A DNA stretch of 63,498 nucleotides from Candidatus Aenigmatarchaeota archaeon. GTDB lineage: Archaea > Aenigmatarchaeota > Aenigmatarchaeia > Aenigmatarchaeales > JAHLMR01. The stretch is from positions 1 to 63,498 of the forward strand of contig JAHLMR010000002.1 in the NCBI GenBank assembly GCA_018920255.1. The letters run 5' to 3'. The notes under the pieces are model-generated. The model was not told where the DNA came from. It saw only the letters and a program-made list of their open reading frames with translations, and made no database searches. Of this stretch, positions 28,758-39,366 are shown one piece after another. Made by a program: the position numbers and the translations under genes. Position 1 is the stretch's first letter. Every line of letters starts with the position of its first letter.

Positions 28758-31022
28758 ATGACAGAAGAAATAAAATTAAAAGTAGGAGAATTAACAGGAA
28801 GAGAAGATTATGGAAGAGGAATAGCTAGAATAGATACAAAAACAATGAAAGCACTAAAAATAAAGGAAGGAGATATAATAGAAATTGAGGGAAAAAGAAA
28901 AACAGCAGTTGTTGCTGTTAGAGCTTATCCCGCTGATGTTGGTTTAAATATTATAAGAATAGATGGTCTTGTAAGAAAAAATGCTGGTACATCAATAGGA
29001 GAATATGTAAAAATTTCTGTGCCTGAAATTAAAGAAGCAAAAAAAGTCGTTTTAGCTCCAGCTGAAAAGGGAGTTATGCTTCATATTTCACCTAATTTAT
29101 TAAAACAAAATATTTTTTATAGACCTGTAACAAAAGGAGATATAATTTTAGCATTACCTGTTTTTAAAAAAAGTAGAAGAGAATCATCAGAATTTCTTGA
29201 AGAATTTTTTGGAATATCTATAGATGAAGTTTTTCTTCCAATGGCTCCAGAAACAAAACTTGTTGTTGTAAATACAAACCCAGCAGGCCCAGTCCAAATT
29301 ACAGAACAAACAGAAATAGAACTTTTACCAGAAGCAACAGAAGTTATAGAACAAACAAAACTACCAACTGTAACTTATGAAGATATAGGTGGATTAGGAG
29401 ATGCTATTCTTAAAATAAGAGAAATGATAGAACTTCCATTAAAACATCCAGAAATTTTTGAAAGACTTGGAATAGATCCACCAAAGGGAGTTTTATTACA
29501 TGGACCACCAGGTACTGGAAAAACTTTACTTGCAAAGGCAGTAGCAAACGAAGCAGGTGCAAATTTCATAAGTTTAGCTGGTCCAGAAATTATGTCAAAG
29601 TGGTATGGACAATCTGAAGAAAATTTAAGGAAAATTTTTGATGAAGCAGAAAAAAATGCACCCTCAATAATATTTATAGATGAAATAGATGCAATAGCAC
29701 CAAAGCGTGAAGAAGTTACAGGAGAAGTAGAAAGAAGAGTTGTAGCACAACTTTTAACACTTATGGATGGGTTGAAGTCAAGAGGAAAAGTTATTGTAAT
29801 TGCTGCAACTAATAGACCAAATGCTTTAGATCCAGCATTAAGAAGACCTGGAAGATTTGATAGAGAAATTGAAATTCCTGTACCAGATAAACAAGGAAGA
29901 AAGGAAATTTTACTTATTCATACAAGACACATGCCGCTTGATAAAGATATAGATATTGATAAACTTGCAGAGATAACATATGGGTTTGTTGGAGCAGATT
30001 TAGCAGCATTAGCAAAAGAAGCAGCTATGCACGCATTAAGAAGGGTTCTTCCTGATATATCAGCACTTAAAGAAAATGAACCATTACCAAAATCTATATT
30101 GGAAAAGTTAAAAATTACAAAAGAGGATTTTGAATATGCATTAAGAGTAGTTCAGCCTTCTGCTATGAGAGAAGTATTAATCGAAATACCTAAAATTACT
30201 TGGAATGATGTCGGAGGTTTAGAAGAAGTTAAAAATGCACTAAAAGAAGCAGTAGAATGGCCATTAAAACATCCTGAAAGTTTTAAAAGAATGGGAATAA
30301 AGCCACCAAAAGGAATACTTCTTTTTGGTCCACCGGGTTGTGGAAAAACTTATATTGTTAAAGCTCTAGCAAACGAAGCAGGTGCTAATTTTATTGCTAT
30401 AAAGGGACCAGAAGTATTTTCAAAATGGGTTGGTGAATCTGAAAAATATATTAGAGATGTTTTTAGAAGAGCAAAGCAAGTTGCACCAACAATAATATTT
30501 TTTGATGAAATAGATTCTATTGCACCAAAAAGAGGAACAGAAATAGGTTCGCATGTAACAGAACAAGTCGTATCACAACTATTAACTGAAATGTCTGGAA
30601 TAGAAGATATTGAAGGAGTTGTTGTAATTGCTGCAACAAATAGACCAGATATAATAGATCCAGCATTACTCAGACCTGGAAGATTTGATAGATTAATATA
30701 TGTACCATCTCCAGATGAAAAAACAAGATTAGAAATCTTAAAGATACATACAAAAAACATGCCTCTTAAAGGAGTATCGCTAGAAAAGCTTGCAAAATTA
30801 ACAAACGGTTTTAGTGGAGCAGATTTAGAAGCACTATGTAGAGAAGCAGCAATAAATGCTTTAAGAAAAAATATTGATGCAAAGGAAGTAACATGGAACG
30901 ACTTTGAAGAAGTTTTAAAGAAAATAAAGCCATCTATTTCAGAGGATTTGCAAACAAAATATAAAAATATAGTTGAATCTATGAAGAAAACAAAATTAGA
31001 AGAAACAAGATATATAGGTTAG
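28758..31022 (+). CDS. cdc48: CDC48/VCP-type AAA+ ATPase
   Basis: N-domain plus two AAA modules (GPPGTGKT and GPPGCGKT Walker A, two DEID Walker B). GAGGTGA SD. Confidence 0.95.
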   Translation: MTEEIKLKVGELTGREDYGRGIARIDTKTMKALKIKEGDIIEIEGKRKTAVVAVRAYPADVGLNIIRIDGLVRKNAGTSIGEYVKISVPEIKEAKKVVLAPAEKGVMLHISPNLLKQNIFYRPVTKGDIILALPVFKKSRRESSEFLEEFFGISIDEVFLPMAPETKLVVVNTNPAGPVQITEQTEIELLPEATEVIEQTKLPTVTYEDIGGLGDAILKIREMIELPLKHPEIFERLGIDPPKGVLLHGPPGTGKTLLAKAVANEAGANFISLAGPEIMSKWYGQSEENLRKIFDEAEKNAPSIIFIDEIDAIAPKREEVTGEVERRVVAQLLTLMDGLKSRGKVIVIAATNRPNALDPALRRPGRFDREIEIPVPDKQGRKEILLIHTRHMPLDKDIDIDKLAEITYGFVGADLAALAKEAAMHALRRVLPDISALKENEPLPKSILEKLKITKEDFEYALRVVQPSAMREVLIEIPKITWNDVGGLEEVKNALKEAVEWPLKHPESFKRMGIKPPKGILLFGPPGCGKTYIVKALANEAGANFIAIKGPEVFSKWVGESEKYIRDVFRRAKQVAPTIIFFDEIDSIAPKRGTEIGSHVTEQVVSQLLTEMSGIEDIEGVVVIAATNRPDIIDPALLRPGRFDRLIYVPSPDEKTRLEILKIHTKNMPLKGVSLEKLAKLTNGFSGADLEALCREAAINALRKNIDAKEVTWNDFEEVLKKIKPSISEDLQTKYKNIVESMKKTKLEETRYIG

Positions 31023-31030
31023 GTGATTAA

Positions 31031-31375
31031 ATGGGAGAAACAATAAATATATCCTCAGATCATTCAGAGCAAGCATTTTTTGCAGATAGAATAGTAATAT
31101 CTCATGGAATAAATAAATTTGTATTAGATTTTACACAATCTATTCCAAGATTTGATCAAGTGGGAAGTGAATTAAAACAAACAATTGTAATAAAACATAA
31201 AACTATTATAATGGATCCAGCTGTAGCAAAAAATCTTTTGTTTGTTTTAGAAGAAAATATAAAGAAATATGAAAAAAATTTTGGAAAAATAGAAATTATA
31301 AATAAAAATAAGAAAAAAGAAAATAAGAAAGTTTTAAAAAATATTCAAAGCTCTACCCAAAAGTATATAGGATAA
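31031..31375 (+). CDS. DUF3467-family protein
   Basis: FADRIVISHGINKFVLDF...NLLFVLEENIKKYEKNFGKIE pattern. The SD (TAGGTGA) lies in the 8-nt gap after cdc48. Confidence 0.65.
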   Translation: MGETINISSDHSEQAFFADRIVISHGINKFVLDFTQSIPRFDQVGSELKQTIVIKHKTIIMDPAVAKNLLFVLEENIKKYEKNFGKIEIINKNKKKENKKVLKNIQSSTQKYIG

Positions 31376-31377
31376 AA

Positions 31378-31680
31378 TTATATTGTTGTTATAAATGAAT
31401 ATATCCCCTTAAGAATTGGAAACATCCAAAAAAATGTTATAATACCTTGAATAGCAGATGAATATCCTATTAATATTGTAAAAATAATAATACCAGAAAT
31501 TAAATCTATTATTCCCATCCAATCGAAAAAATAATTAGAAGAAATAGAGCATATTATTGAATAAACACCTTTTAAAAATATAAAAATTCCAATATAAATT
31601 ATTGCATTTTTAAAAATTTCTGGATTAAAAATACAAACACCAACAAGAATATCTATTAAAGATAAAATTTTTACTATCAT
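31378..31680 (-). CDS. small integral membrane protein (3-4 TM)
   Basis: Hydrophobic throughout. ATGA overlap with upstream radB. Confidence 0.5.
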   Translation of the reverse strand: MIVKILSLIDILVGVCIFNPEIFKNAIIYIGIFIFLKGVYSIICSISSNYFFDWMGIIDLISGIIIFTILIGYSSAIQGIITFFWMFPILKGIYSFITTI

Positions 31681-32390
31681 TTATCCCACCAAAACTTTCT
31701 TAAAACTTTAAAGCCATTTTCTTTTATTTCAAATTCAACGGCTTTATTTTCAGGTAATGATCTTGCTCTTTCTATTCTTGCTATTCTTTTATTTCTTCCA
31801 GATTTTAAAATCTCTATAAGATTTTTTGACCACCATTTTACAATATTTTTACTACTTAACTCTGTTTTTCCAGTTTCAAAATCAGAATACACTTGATTTG
31901 TAATGATAACGGGAATATTTTTTTCCCTAGATATTCTCGAAAGATATGCAAGTTGAGAAGCAAGTTCTGTATTAATTTTCATTTGAGAAGAAATATTTTC
32001 ATGTGATTTTATGTTTTCATTTCCAATTTCTATTCTCCAAAGTGCTACAATACTATCTACTATTATTATACCAACATCATATTTTTTGCATATCTTTTCA
32101 AGGTTATTTATTATATAACACTGTTCTTTCCATGTTTTTGGTTCAAATAAAATTATTTTTCTTGAAATTTCTTTAGCATTTTCTGTAAGCTGCTTTAATC
32201 TTTCAGAAGAAAAACCACCTTCAGTATCTATAAAAATAGCATATTTATCAGACTTTGCACATGAAATAGCAGCACATAATGAAATATTTGTTTTTCCTGA
32301 TGCTGGTTCACCAAAAAAATTTGTTATTGTTCCTGTTTCAACGCCCCCATCTAAAAGTTCATCTATGGGTTCGCATATTTTTAATTTCAT
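31677..32390 (-). CDS. radB: RadB (RecA-family paralog)
   Basis: Walker A GEPASGKT, IIVDS Walker B. The start is reassigned to Met-34 (32390), because the 33-codon upstream extension is hydrophobic junk overlapping the divergent SBDS gene. Confidence 0.8.
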   Translation of the reverse strand: MKLKICEPIDELLDGGVETGTITNFFGEPASGKTNISLCAAISCAKSDKYAIFIDTEGGFSSERLKQLTENAKEISRKIILFEPKTWKEQCYIINNLEKICKKYDVGIIIVDSIVALWRIEIGNENIKSHENISSQMKINTELASQLAYLSRISREKNIPVIITNQVYSDFETGKTELSSKNIVKWWSKNLIEILKSGRNKRIARIERARSLPENKAVEFEIKENGFKVLRKFWWDK

Positions 32391-32482
32391 ATAAATAATA
32401 AATCTAATAACTTTATAAACATTTATAACTAAAATAAAAGTTAGTAATATAAAAAATTTTATATTATGCCGGAGATGATTAT

Positions 32483-33181
32483 ATGTCAATTTCTGTGGAC
32501 AAGGCGGTTATAGCTAAATATATTCATAGTGGTGAAAAATTTGAAATATTAGTAGATCCAGAAAAGGCAATTGAATTAAAATCAGGAAAAGAATTAAACA
32601 TAGAAGATATTGTTGCAGTAGAGGAAGTTTTTGAAGATGCAAAAAAAGGGCTTAGAGCATCTGAACAAAAAATAAATAAAGTTTTTGGTACAAATGATTT
32701 TAAAAAAATAGCAAGAAAAATAATTTTAAACGGAGAAATTCAATTAACAACTGAACAGCGCACAAAACTACAGGCCGAAAAAGAAAAAGCAATAGCAGCA
32801 TTAATTTCAAGACAAGGAATAAATCCGCAAACAGGAGCACCACACCCAATAGAAAGAATTTTAAAGGCAATGAAAGAAGCAAAAGTAAGAGTTTTATATG
32901 ATAGACCTGTTGAGGAACAAGTTTCAGATGTTTTAAAATCTATACAAAAAATTATTCCTATAAAAATTGAAAAAGTTAAATTAGCAATAAAAATTCCTTC
33001 TACTTATGCTTCAAAATCTATTGGAATTGTTAGAGGTTTAGGAAATGTATTAAAAGAAGAATGGGGATCTGACGGATCTTATATTTGTTTAATGGAAATA
33101 TCAGCAGGAATACAATCTGAAGTTTATGATAAACTAAATTTAATAACTCATGGAGATGTACAAATAAAGGTTATGAAATAG
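32483..33181 (+). CDS. sdo1: SBDS-family ribosome maturation protein
   Basis: VIAKY..GEKFEILVDPEKA N-terminus, ~232 aa. It holds the canonical position upstream of the exosome genes. Confidence 0.85.
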   Translation: MSISVDKAVIAKYIHSGEKFEILVDPEKAIELKSGKELNIEDIVAVEEVFEDAKKGLRASEQKINKVFGTNDFKKIARKIILNGEIQLTTEQRTKLQAEKEKAIAALISRQGINPQTGAPHPIERILKAMKEAKVRVLYDRPVEEQVSDVLKSIQKIIPIKIEKVKLAIKIPSTYASKSIGIVRGLGNVLKEEWGSDGSYICLMEISAGIQSEVYDKLNLITHGDVQIKVMK

Positions 33182-33193
33182 AGGTGAAAAATA

Positions 33194-33901
33194 ATGGAAG
33201 AATCAAAATTACTAATTGAAGATAAAAATATTGTTACACCAGGAGATATTTTAGCAGAAGGTTTAGATTATCTTCCAAGTTCAGGATGTTATAGAACAGG
33301 AAATATAATTAAATCAAAATATTTTGGAGTTGTTAGAATAAAAAATAGATACTTATCTGTTATACCTCTTGCAGGAGCATATATGCCTAAATCTGGTGAT
33401 GGAGTCATAGCAAAAATTTCAGATATACAAACAACATTTTGGATTTGTGATATTAATAGTCCATATGATGCAATACTTCAAATTGGAGAAGTTGCAGAAG
33501 AATATATTGATTTAACAAGAACAGATATATCATCATTCTTTGATATAGGCGACATAATTTATGCAAAAATATTAAATGTCACAAAATCAAAAAATATATT
33601 ATTAACAATGAAAGATTACAGAGCAAGAAAACTAATAGGCGGAAGATTAATTAAAGTAACTCCCTCTAAAGTACCTAGAATTATAGGTAAAGAAGGTTCT
33701 ATGATAGAATTAATTAAAAATAAGACAGGTTGTCAAATTATAGTTGGACAAAATGGAATTGTTTGGTTTAAAGGTCAAAATGAAGCATTAGCAGCAAAAG
33801 TAATTCTTATGATTGAAAAAGAAGCTCATATTCCAGGACTTACTGATAGAGTAAATGCATTTTTAGATAAATTTTCAAATATAAAAGGTGAAAAATTATG
33901 A
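33194..33901 (+). CDS. rrp4: exosome complex RNA-binding protein Rrp4
   Basis: N-terminal/S1/KH arrangement (GKEGSMIELIK). GAGGTGA SD. Confidence 0.9.
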   Translation: MEESKLLIEDKNIVTPGDILAEGLDYLPSSGCYRTGNIIKSKYFGVVRIKNRYLSVIPLAGAYMPKSGDGVIAKISDIQTTFWICDINSPYDAILQIGEVAEEYIDLTRTDISSFFDIGDIIYAKILNVTKSKNILLTMKDYRARKLIGGRLIKVTPSKVPRIIGKEGSMIELIKNKTGCQIIVGQNGIVWFKGQNEALAAKVILMIEKEAHIPGLTDRVNAFLDKFSNIKGEKL

Positions 33902-34623
33902 AAGAAAAAGAAAAACTTATAATAAATAGAAAAAGATTAGATGGAAGAGATTTATATGAAATGAGAAAAATAGAAATACAAATAAATCCAATAAAAAATT
34001 CTATGGGTTCAGCTATGTTTAAATTTGGAAAAACATGGGCTATTGCTGCCACACATGGACCAAGAGCAGCATATCCAAAATGGCAGCAAAATCCAGAGTT
34101 TTCTATATTGAAAACAAGATATATGATGCTTCCATTTTCTACATGGGAAAGATCAAAACCAGGAATAAGTAGAAGAAGTATAGAAATTTCAAAAGTTGTT
34201 AATGATGCACTTTCTAATGTGATATTTTTAGAAGATTATCCAAAAACAATGATTGATGTTTTTATTGATATTATTGAAGCTGATGCATCAACAAGATGTG
34301 CTGCATTAAATGCAGCATCAATAGCGTTAGCTCTTGCTGGAGTACCTCTTAAAGATATTGTAAGTTCTTGTTCTGTTGGAAAAATTGATGGAGAAATTGT
34401 TTTAGATATAGCAGGATTTGAAGATAATTATGGTGAAGTGGATTGTGCTGTTGCAATGATTCCACATGAAGAAAAAGTTCTTTTACTTCAAATGGATGGA
34501 ATAGTTACAAAAGAAGAGTTTAAAAAAATGATTATGTTAGCAAAAGAAGGATGTTTAAAAGTATATGAATCTCAAAAAACTGCTATAAAACAAGCATTTA
34601 CAAATATAATTGATATAGAATAG
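33898..34623 (+). CDS. rrp41: exosome complex exonuclease Rrp41 (RNase PH)
   Basis: RLDGR..E.R RNase PH domain. ATGA overlap with rrp4. Confidence 0.9.
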   Translation: MKEKEKLIINRKRLDGRDLYEMRKIEIQINPIKNSMGSAMFKFGKTWAIAATHGPRAAYPKWQQNPEFSILKTRYMMLPFSTWERSKPGISRRSIEISKVVNDALSNVIFLEDYPKTMIDVFIDIIEADASTRCAALNAASIALALAGVPLKDIVSSCSVGKIDGEIVLDIAGFEDNYGEVDCAVAMIPHEEKVLLLQMDGIVTKEEFKKMIMLAKEGCLKVYESQKTAIKQAFTNIIDIE

Positions 34624-35400
34624 GTGATAAAAATGTCAAATAATAATTATGTAAAAAATCTTATAGAATCTGGAATGAGAATTGATAATAGAAAATTTGA
34701 TGAATTTAGAGAAATAGAAATAAAAACAAATATTATAGATAGAGCTGAAGGTTCATCAATTATTAAGATTGGTAATACACAAATAATTGTTGGAGTAAAA
34801 CTATCTGTTGGCGAACCTTTTCCTGATACTCCAGATGAAGGAATTCTTATTGTAAATGCAGAATTTTCACCAGCCGCATCTCCTTCATTTGAAGCAGGAC
34901 CTCCAGACGAAAACGCAATAGAACTTGCAAGAGTTGTAGATAGAGCAATAAGAGAAAGTCATTGTATTGATTTAAAAAAATTATGTATAGTCCCTAAAGA
35001 AAAAGTATGGAATATTAATATTGATATTCAAGTTATAGATTTTGATGGTAATCTTATAGATGCTGCATGCATGGGTACTGTTGCAGCATTAAAAACAACA
35101 AAAATACCAAAATATGAAAACGATGAAGTTGATTATGAACACAGAGAAGGAGAACTTCCTTTAGTAGATTTACCGATTTATGTAACAATTTATAAAATTG
35201 GAGATAAACTTTTTGTTGACCCTACAAAAGAGGAGGAAGAAGCGGCGGATGCAAGAATAAGCATTGCTACTATTCAAGATGGAAAAATTTGTGCAATTCA
35301 AAAAGGAGGAACAGGTTATTTTACAATTTCGGAAATAGAAAGAGCTATTGAAATGTCAATTATAATAGGAGAAAATTTGAGAAATCTTTTTAAACATTAA
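34624..35400 (+). CDS. rrp42: exosome complex component Rrp42
   Basis: RNase PH-like domain. The likely true start is the ATG at 34633, with the GGTGA at 34623-34627 acting as SD. Confidence 0.9.
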   Translation: MIKMSNNNYVKNLIESGMRIDNRKFDEFREIEIKTNIIDRAEGSSIIKIGNTQIIVGVKLSVGEPFPDTPDEGILIVNAEFSPAASPSFEAGPPDENAIELARVVDRAIRESHCIDLKKLCIVPKEKVWNINIDIQVIDFDGNLIDAACMGTVAALKTTKIPKYENDEVDYEHREGELPLVDLPIYVTIYKIGDKLFVDPTKEEEEAADARISIATIQDGKICAIQKGGTGYFTISEIERAIEMSIIIGENLRNLFKH

Positions 35401-35424
35401 GATTAATATAAAGGAAAGATTGGT

Positions 35425-35673
35425 ATGACAAAAAAAGTAGGTACAACAGGAAGATATGGAGCAAGGTATGGAACAAGAACAAAGAAAATTGTTAATGCAA
35501 TTGAAAAAATTTCAAAACAATCACATGAATGTCCGTATTGTGAAAGAAAAGCATTAAAAAGGATTGCTGTTGGAATATGGAAATGTAAAAAATGTGGAGT
35601 TAAGTTTGCTGGAGGAGCATATACACCAAAATCAAGTATAGAATTAGTAAAAGGAGAAGAGAAAAATGTATAA
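35425..35673 (+). CDS. rpl37ae: ribosomal protein L37Ae (eL43)
   Basis: GRYG.RYG, then C..C....C..C zinc ribbon. Confidence 0.9.
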   Translation: MTKKVGTTGRYGARYGTRTKKIVNAIEKISKQSHECPYCERKALKRIAVGIWKCKKCGVKFAGGAYTPKSSIELVKGEEKNV

Positions 35674-35800
35674 ATGTATATCATGCGGTAAAGAAATTTC
35701 TGAAGAGCAGCTTAGAGGAAGAATAAGATGTATGTATTGTGGTTTTAGAATTCTTATGAAAAAAAGACCAAACGTAATTAAAAAAGTTGAAGCAAAATAA
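35666..35800 (+). CDS. rpoP: RNA polymerase subunit P (Rpo12), 44 aa, not in the ORF track
   Basis: MYKCISCGKEISEEQLRGRIRCMYCGFRILMKKRP is a CxxC...CxxCG.RIL zinc ribbon. Canonical position after L37Ae. Confidence 0.8.
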   Translation: MYKCISCGKEISEEQLRGRIRCMYCGFRILMKKRPNVIKKVEAK

Positions 35801-35810
35801 GGAGAAATTC

Positions 35811-36038
35811 ATGCATAAATGTAATTTAGAAATAGAATGTGAAAATCCAAAAATAGTTATTGAATCTTTAAAACCAGAAATTAATGAAACAGAAAAATTT
35901 AAAATAAAAATTAAAGAAAATGATAAAAAAATTTTTTTAGAAGTTTATGCAAACACTTTATCTAACTTAATGGCAGGAATAAATTCTTATTTAAAATTAA
36001 TAAAACTTATATCTGAAGGAGATGATAAAAATGTCTGA
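35811..36038 (+). CDS. pcc1: KEOPS subunit Pcc1-like
   Basis: LEIEC...A..V..SL.PE....IFLEVYANTLSNLMAGINSYLKLIKLI resembles the Pcc1 ...A.D.saLRA..NSyLRwi signature. ATG at 35811 preferred over the alternative start at 35787. Confidence 0.65.
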   Translation: MHKCNLEIECENPKIVIESLKPEINETEKFKIKIKENDKKIFLEVYANTLSNLMAGINSYLKLIKLISEGDDKNV

Positions 36039-36390
36039 AAGAGAAGAAAAGAAAATCTCAAGCGATACTCAACAATTGTTTATTCAATTTCAAAATTTTC
36101 AACAAATGCTACAATCTGTTTTAATTCAAAAAGAAAATTTCTCTATTCAAAAAGCAGAAATAGAAAATGCTTTATCTGAACTTGAAAAATCAAAAGAAGG
36201 AGAAGATATTTTTAAAATAGCTGGTCCAATTTTAATAAAAGTTAATAAAGATGAAATTACAAAAGAACTTTTAGAACAAAAAGAATCAATTGAATTAAAA
36301 CTTAAATCTTTAAACTCACAAGAAGAAAAATTAAATACAAAAATAAAAGAATTACAAGAAAAACTTCAAACAGCTTTAATGAAAAAATAA
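36022..36390 (+). CDS. pfdB: prefoldin beta subunit
   Basis: Coiled coil - beta hairpin (GPILIKV) - coiled coil. The ATG at 36031 is the likely true start, after the AAGGAG SD. Confidence 0.8.
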   Translation: MIKMSEREEKKISSDTQQLFIQFQNFQQMLQSVLIQKENFSIQKAEIENALSELEKSKEGEDIFKIAGPILIKVNKDEITKELLEQKESIELKLKSLNSQEEKLNTKIKELQEKLQTALMKK

Positions 36391-36394
36391 AAAA

Positions 36395-36721
36395 TTATTT
36401 ATAAACAAAATGTGTCGGAATATCTATAACTTCACCTGTATCTTCCCAATAAAATCTTCCATCATTATTTCTTTTAATATTTTTTGAAATTATTTTTTTA
36501 AATTCTTCTACTGCATAGTTTGTAAACTCACCATCATATTTTCCTTGCCAATTACTACAGATTTTTTCAAAATTATTATCATAAATTTTTCTTTTAAATA
36601 TTTTTTTATCTTCTTGACTTAATTTAGTATTAAAATGCCTTTCTAATATACGTACAATACAGTTTTCAAAAATTCCACTATAAAACTTACTCCATTGATT
36701 TTCATTCTCTCCATTCTCCAT
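36395..36721 (-). CDS. hypothetical protein (108 aa)
   Basis: Clean ORF on the opposite strand to all neighbours. No recognisable motif. Confidence 0.5.
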   Translation of the reverse strand: MENGENENQWSKFYSGIFENCIVRILERHFNTKLSQEDKKIFKRKIYDNNFEKICSNWQGKYDGEFTNYAVEEFKKIISKNIKRNNDGRFYWEDTGEVIDIPTHFVYK

Positions 36722-36732
36722 TTTCTCACCCT

Positions 36733-36882
36733 TTAATTTTCATTATATTTTTCTAAATCCACCAATCCAGATTCATTTTGAAGGTATATTTTCTTTCCTT
36801 CATATGCACTTTTATTTCTTAAATCATTTCTTTTTCCTATTCCACGCATAACATATTTAATATTATCATATTTGAATTTCAT
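36733..36882 (-). CDS. small hypothetical protein (49 aa), not in the ORF track
   Basis: GGAGGG SD 8 nt upstream of the ATG. Product is MKFKYDNIKYVMRGIGKRNDLRNKSAYEGKKIYLQNESGLVDLEKYNEN. It ends 11 nt before the next minus-strand ORF. Confidence 0.4.
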   Translation of the reverse strand: MKFKYDNIKYVMRGIGKRNDLRNKSAYEGKKIYLQNESGLVDLEKYNEN

Positions 36883-37015
36883 TCTTTTTCCCTCCTTTAA
36901 TGCGAGTAATAAAAATTTAATTTTAAAATATATTTAAATCTTATTTTTTTACCATTTTTAACGAGTAAAAAGTTAAATTATTAATTTTAATATTTAATAC
37001 ATATTAATTAAAATT

Positions 37016-37981
37016 ATGCAAAAAATAATAAAATATTTAAAAGAACTAAAAGGAAAAACTCTTCTTCTTACACATCATAATGCTGATTTAGATGCAGTTG
37101 CAAGTTGTTTAGTTTTAAAAAATTGTTTAGAAAAATATGGAAAAGAAGTTTATATTGGAACGTCGGAAAGTATTTCAAAGTTAGCATCAAATTTACAAGT
37201 AGCAGATATAATAATAGACCCAGATTGTAATAATTATGATAATATAATTTTAATTGAAACTTCTGTATTAGAACAATTAAAAACAATAAAAAATTTAAGG
37301 GTAGATGCAATAATAGATCATCATCCTCCAGGAAATTTGGCGTCTCAAGCTAAAATAAAGTTTATTGATGAAAATAAAAAATCATGTGCACAAATAATTT
37401 TTGAAATTTGCAAAAATATGAAATATGAAATTAATAGTGAAGATGGAAAAGTACTTTTAGCAGGAATTATTTTTGATACAGCACATTTTTCTCATGCAGA
37501 TAAAGAAGTTTTTAAAAACGTTTTAGAAATTATTGAAAAAACAAATATAAACATTCAAGATGCATTTAAATTTCTAGAAGTAGAAACAGATATTTCAGAA
37601 AAAATTGCTTGTATAAAAGCATTATCAAGATTAAATGCTTATAGAATAAACGACATTTTAATTGTTTTTTCTGTTGCAGGAAGCTTTGAAGGACCTATTG
37701 CAAGAACTATTACAAAATTAGGTGCTGATATAGCAGTTATTGCAAATATAAAGGAGGATGAAATAAGAATTAGTAGTAGAGGAAAAGAAAAAATAAAAAA
37801 TTATGGAATTGATCTCTCTGAAATTTTTAAAGAAGTTGGAAAAATTATAGATGGTTCTGGGGGTGGGCATGATTTAGCCGGAAGTGCAAACGGAAAAAAT
37901 AAAAAAGCATTAAATAAAGCATTTAATTTTATTCTTAATACTATTTCTAAAAGAATAGGAAAACCATATAAAAAAATTTAA
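37016..37981 (+). CDS. DHH-family phosphoesterase (NrnA/RecJ-like core)
   Basis: HHNADLDAVAS, IIDHHPP (DHH), GGGH motifs. Confidence 0.8.
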   Translation: MQKIIKYLKELKGKTLLLTHHNADLDAVASCLVLKNCLEKYGKEVYIGTSESISKLASNLQVADIIIDPDCNNYDNIILIETSVLEQLKTIKNLRVDAIIDHHPPGNLASQAKIKFIDENKKSCAQIIFEICKNMKYEINSEDGKVLLAGIIFDTAHFSHADKEVFKNVLEIIEKTNINIQDAFKFLEVETDISEKIACIKALSRLNAYRINDILIVFSVAGSFEGPIARTITKLGADIAVIANIKEDEIRISSRGKEKIKNYGIDLSEIFKEVGKIIDGSGGGHDLAGSANGKNKKALNKAFNFILNTISKRIGKPYKKI

Positions 37982-38021
37982 AACCATAAACATTTTAAAC
38001 TATTTACATTAATTCTTTATT

Positions 38022-39359
38022 ATGGTATTAGAAAAAATAGGAGAAGGTTTAAGAGAAGCATTAAGAAAAATAGCAAGAGTAGGTTACATAGATAAAAATG
38101 TAATAGATGAGCTTGTTAAAGATATACAAAGATCACTTCTTTTAGGAGATGTTGATGTAAAGCTTGTTTTTGAATTAACTAAAAGAATAAAAGAAAGAGC
38201 ACTAAATGAAAAACCACAACCAGGAATAACACCAAAAGAACATATTGTAAATATTGTTTATCAAGAACTTGTAAATTTTGTTGGAAAAAAACCAGAAATA
38301 GAATTAAAACCAAGAAAAATAATGTTAATAGGACTTTTTGGAAGTGGTAAAACAACGACAATAGGAAAATTAGCAAAATTTTATCAAAAAAGAGGACTAA
38401 GATGTGCTTTAATTGGTTGCGATGTACATAGACCAGCAGCAATGGATCAACTACAGCAAATTTCAAATTTAATTAATGTACCTTGTTATGCACCAAAAGA
38501 TATAAAAGATCCAATTGAAATAGCTAAAAAGGGAATAGAATTATTTGAAAAAAACTATGATCTTCTCATCTTTGATACTTCAGGAAGGAATGCTTTAGAT
38601 AAAGAATTGGCTAATGAATTGAAAAAATTGGGAGAATTTATAAAACCAAATGAAGTTTTATTAACAATTCCAGCGGATATAGGTCAGGCTGCAAGAATAC
38701 AAGCAGAAGAATTTAAAAAATTAGTTGGAATAACAGGAATTATAATTACAAAAATGGATGGAACAGCAAAAGGTGGAGGAGCATTAACAGCCTGTGCTGT
38801 AACAGGAGTTCAAGTAAAATGGATTGGAGTTGGAGAAAAATTAGATGCATTAGAACAATTTGATCCTGAAAGATTTATTTCAAGATTAATAGGATTTGGA
38901 GATTTACAATCTCTTTTAGAAAAAGCAAGAGATGTAATTTCTGAAGAAAAAGCAAAAGAAATAACTGAAAACATTTCTAAGGGAAAATTAACAATGGATG
39001 ATTTTCTTTTTCAATTAGAAAGCTTTCAAAAAATGGGCTCTATTAAATCAATAACAGAAATGCTACCAGGATTTTCTTTACCTAAAAATATAGATCTTTC
39101 AAAACAAGAGGAAAAAATGAAAAAATGGAAATATGCAATTCAAAGCATGACAAAAAAAGAAAGAGAAAACCCAGAAATAATTGATTCTTCAAGAATTTCT
39201 AGAATATCAAGAGGAAGCGGCGTACCAGAATCTGAAATAAGGGATTTATTAAAAACATATGAACAAATGAAAAAAATGATAAAATTGACTTCTGGTAAAA
39301 AAAGAGGTTTAATTGGAAATTTGATGAAAAAATTTAAAATGTTCAAAGGTTTATTATAA
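38022..39359 (+). CDS. srp54: signal recognition particle protein SRP54
   Basis: GLFGSGKTTT, DTSGR, TKMDG, Met-rich M domain. Confidence 0.95.
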   Translation: MVLEKIGEGLREALRKIARVGYIDKNVIDELVKDIQRSLLLGDVDVKLVFELTKRIKERALNEKPQPGITPKEHIVNIVYQELVNFVGKKPEIELKPRKIMLIGLFGSGKTTTIGKLAKFYQKRGLRCALIGCDVHRPAAMDQLQQISNLINVPCYAPKDIKDPIEIAKKGIELFEKNYDLLIFDTSGRNALDKELANELKKLGEFIKPNEVLLTIPADIGQAARIQAEEFKKLVGITGIIITKMDGTAKGGGALTACAVTGVQVKWIGVGEKLDALEQFDPERFISRLIGFGDLQSLLEKARDVISEEKAKEITENISKGKLTMDDFLFQLESFQKMGSIKSITEMLPGFSLPKNIDLSKQEEKMKKWKYAIQSMTKKERENPEIIDSSRISRISRGSGVPESEIRDLLKTYEQMKKMIKLTSGKKRGLIGNLMKKFKMFKGLL

Positions 39360-39366
39360 GATTTTT

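Noticed and set aside
31677-32489. Full 270-aa RadB ORF overlapping the SBDS start
   Set aside because: The first 33 codons are a hydrophobic, low-complexity read-through of the divergent promoter region. Met-34 (32390) gives the normal RadB N-terminus (MKLKI..P.D.LL.GG).
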